Source of the DNA: a virus
Lineage: Duplodnaviria > Heunggongvirae > Uroviricota > Caudoviricetes
Reading direction: 5' to 3' (one strand)
Length of the DNA stretch: 4,380 nucleotides
Virus record (IMG/VR): IMGVR_UViG_2711768059_000007
This document shows, piece after piece, positions 1 through 4,380 of this stretch; the stretch's first letter is position 1, and the number at the start of each line of letters is the position of its first letter. The notes under the pieces are model-generated. The model made no database searches and had not been told where the DNA came from. It was given only the letters and a program-made list of their open reading frames with translations. The position numbers and the translations under genes are program-made.

Positions 1-470
1 GTGCTGGCTGCACGTGCTGAGCCTGCAGCATCAGTCGCACGGGTTACCGCCTCACGGGCTGATGTGCCGGCATCGCTGGCTGACTTCTTCGCGGCTGCTG
101 TGTTCTGCGCCACTGCGGACGCGTTACGCGCCACCTCTTCCACCATCAGTTCAAAGCGGCGCAGTGCCTCCGGACGGACATCATCCTCCGTCATGGCACC
201 GAGAAAATCATTCAGCGTACCCGGTTGTGAGTCTTCATACACGGTGATGGTCCCGGCATGCGATGGCGGGAAGCCTTCCACCAACAGAATAACGCTGTAC
301 TGACCGTACTCAACGTCCATGCTGTAACGCCCGGCTTCATCCGGATTTTCTGAGGCCACCGTGTTCGCCACCACCGTGGTGCTGTTACGTTTTGCTTTCA
401 GCTGGATTGTACAGTTCTGTACCGGTTTACCTGCGCCGTCTTTCAGTACACCTGAAATCTTTACTGCCAT
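1..470 (-). CDS. stf: Side tail fibre protein Stf, N-terminal 156 codons; the 3' part of the gene lies beyond the window start
   Basis: Hand translation of the minus strand from the ATG at 470..468 gives MAVKISGVLKDGAGKPVQNCTIQLKAKRNSTTVVANTVASENPDEAGRYSMDVEYGQYSVILLVEGFPPSHAGTITVYEDSQPGTLNDFLGAMTEDDVRPEALRRFELMVEEVARNASAVAQNTAAAKKSASDAGTSAREAVTRATDAAGSARAAS with no stop down to position 1. This closely matches the conserved N-terminus of lambda Stf and E. coli prophage StfR-type proteins as I recall them. An SD-like GGGGTGA lies 4-10 nt upstream (RC of 471-480). It is absent from the ORF track, presumably because no stop codon falls inside the window. Confidence 0.88.
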   Translation of the reverse strand, partial: MAVKISGVLKDGAGKPVQNCTIQLKAKRNSTTVVANTVASENPDEAGRYSMDVEYGQYSVILLVEGFPPSHAGTITVYEDSQPGTLNDFLGAMTEDDVRPEALRRFELMVEEVARNASAVAQNTAAAKKSASDAGTSAREAVTRATDAAGSARAAS

Positions 471-480
471 ATTCACCCCA

Positions 481-510
481 CAAAAAAGCCCGCCAGAACC
501 GGCGGGCTGT
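481..510 (-). terminator. Rho-independent terminator-like hairpin between lom and stf (minus-strand orientation)
   Basis: The minus strand reads AGCCCGCC-GGTTCT-GGCGGGCT: a perfect 8-bp GC-rich stem (plus-strand 487-494 pairing with 501-508) and a 6-nt loop, followed immediately by TTTTTTG. The U-tract follows the stem only on the minus strand, so it is unidirectional. Confidence 0.55.
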
Positions 511-534
511 CATAACACTGTGTTACCTGGCTAA

Positions 535-1134
535 TCAGAACTTATAACCGACACCCACGATGAACCCGTCAGTGCGCCAGTCGCCACTGCCGGAGCCTTC
601 ATAAACGACATCAACGGCCACGGATTCGGTCGGGTTAAACTGCACGCCAGCCCCCCACGCCAGAGACGTGTTGCTGTGGCGACCGTCATCACTTCCGGTC
701 AGCACGTCGTGCGTTTTTCCCTTGTTGTCAGTTACGCGGAGATAATCCCCGGAAAAAGTCGACACACGGCTGTAAGCCACGCCTGCCATCGCATACGCGC
801 TGAACCATTCATTCACGCGTACAGACGGCCCCGCCATCACGCTGAACCAGCGGTTACGCACGGAATCTTCATGCCAGCGGGTATCGCTGTAACGGGTCAG
901 CTGGCGATTCTTGTCTCCTGCATAGCTGAACGACGTCACCATCCCCAGTGTGTCCGTAAACTCATAACGGTATTTCACGTTAATCCCGTTCAGATCATCA
1001 CTGCCGGGAACATTCGTCCGGGCATGAAGATACCCCGCGCTCAGCGTGGACTGATGTTCAGACGCCCATACAGGCGCACCGGATACGGCCAGACAAATGG
1101 CTGCGGACAAAATTGCTGCACAAACTTTACGCAT
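535..1134 (-). CDS. lom: Lom outer-membrane protein (Ail/Lom/PagC/Rck/OmpX family 8-stranded beta-barrel); phage moron-type gene
   Basis: The 199-aa ORF MRKVCAAILSAAICLAVSGAPVWASEHQSTLSAGYLHARTNVPG...GFIVGVGYKF has near-identical length and sequence to lambda Lom as I recall it. It has a typical Sec signal peptide (positive N-terminus, hydrophobic core, cleavage after VWA-like motif) and a C-terminal aromatic residue (…GYKF) typical of BAM-inserted beta-barrels. ATG at 1134..1132 has a GAGAGG SD 5 nt upstream. Stop is TGA at 537..535. Confidence 0.92.
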   Translation of the reverse strand: MRKVCAAILSAAICLAVSGAPVWASEHQSTLSAGYLHARTNVPGSDDLNGINVKYRYEFTDTLGMVTSFSYAGDKNRQLTRYSDTRWHEDSVRNRWFSVMAGPSVRVNEWFSAYAMAGVAYSRVSTFSGDYLRVTDNKGKTHDVLTGSDDGRHSNTSLAWGAGVQFNPTESVAVDVVYEGSGSGDWRTDGFIVGVGYKF

Positions 1135-1155
1135 AATTACCTCTCGCTTTTCTGC

Positions 1156-1183
1156 AATAAAAAAGGCGTCATTTCTGACGCCC
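1156..1183 (-). terminator. Intrinsic terminator immediately downstream of J (tJ-like), minus-strand orientation
   Basis: The minus strand reads GGCGTCA-GAAA-TGACGCC: a perfect 7-bp stem (plus-strand 1165-1171 and 1176-1182) with a GNRA-type tetraloop, followed directly by TTTTTTATT. It begins 17 nt after the J stop codon and sits 22 nt upstream of the lom ATG. Confidence 0.65.
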
Positions 1184-1200
1184 GTTCTGGGTTATAAAAT

Positions 1201-4380
<3,180 letters not shown>

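Noticed and set aside
1-303. Plus-strand ORFs 1-303 (100 aa) and 14-247 (77 aa)
   Set aside because: They are antisense to the stf N-terminal coding region, whose minus-strand translation matches the conserved Stf N-terminus nearly residue for residue.
1184-1200. TATAAC (-10-like) hexamer just after the J stop on the minus strand as a lom promoter
   Set aside because: No convincing -35 element sits at appropriate spacing, and the hexamer lies upstream of the terminator hairpin rather than between terminator and lom. It is too weak to call from sequence alone.

Overview
This window is the distal tail region of a lambda-like (lambdoid) enterobacterial phage or prophage, all encoded on the minus strand. 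In transcription order it holds a 5'-truncated tail-tip host-specificity gene J (1201-~4182), an intrinsic terminator, the outer-membrane protein gene lom (535-1134), a second intrinsic terminator, and the first 156 codons of the side-tail-fibre gene stf (470 down to 1, running off the window). The most unusual signal is technical, not biological: 4183-4209 is an exact 27-nt match to the Illumina Nextera adapter read-through sequence, followed by a degraded P5-like tail and purine/A-rich sequence to the window end. The apparent 5' end of J and the first ~30 codons of the 1021-aa track ORF are therefore adapter-derived. I see no evidence of a novel system; the gene order matches what I recall of lambda (J-lom-stf). 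The one biologically interesting point is a divergent, lower-GC C-terminal module of J. All protein comparisons are from memory of lambda proteins and need confirmation by alignment.
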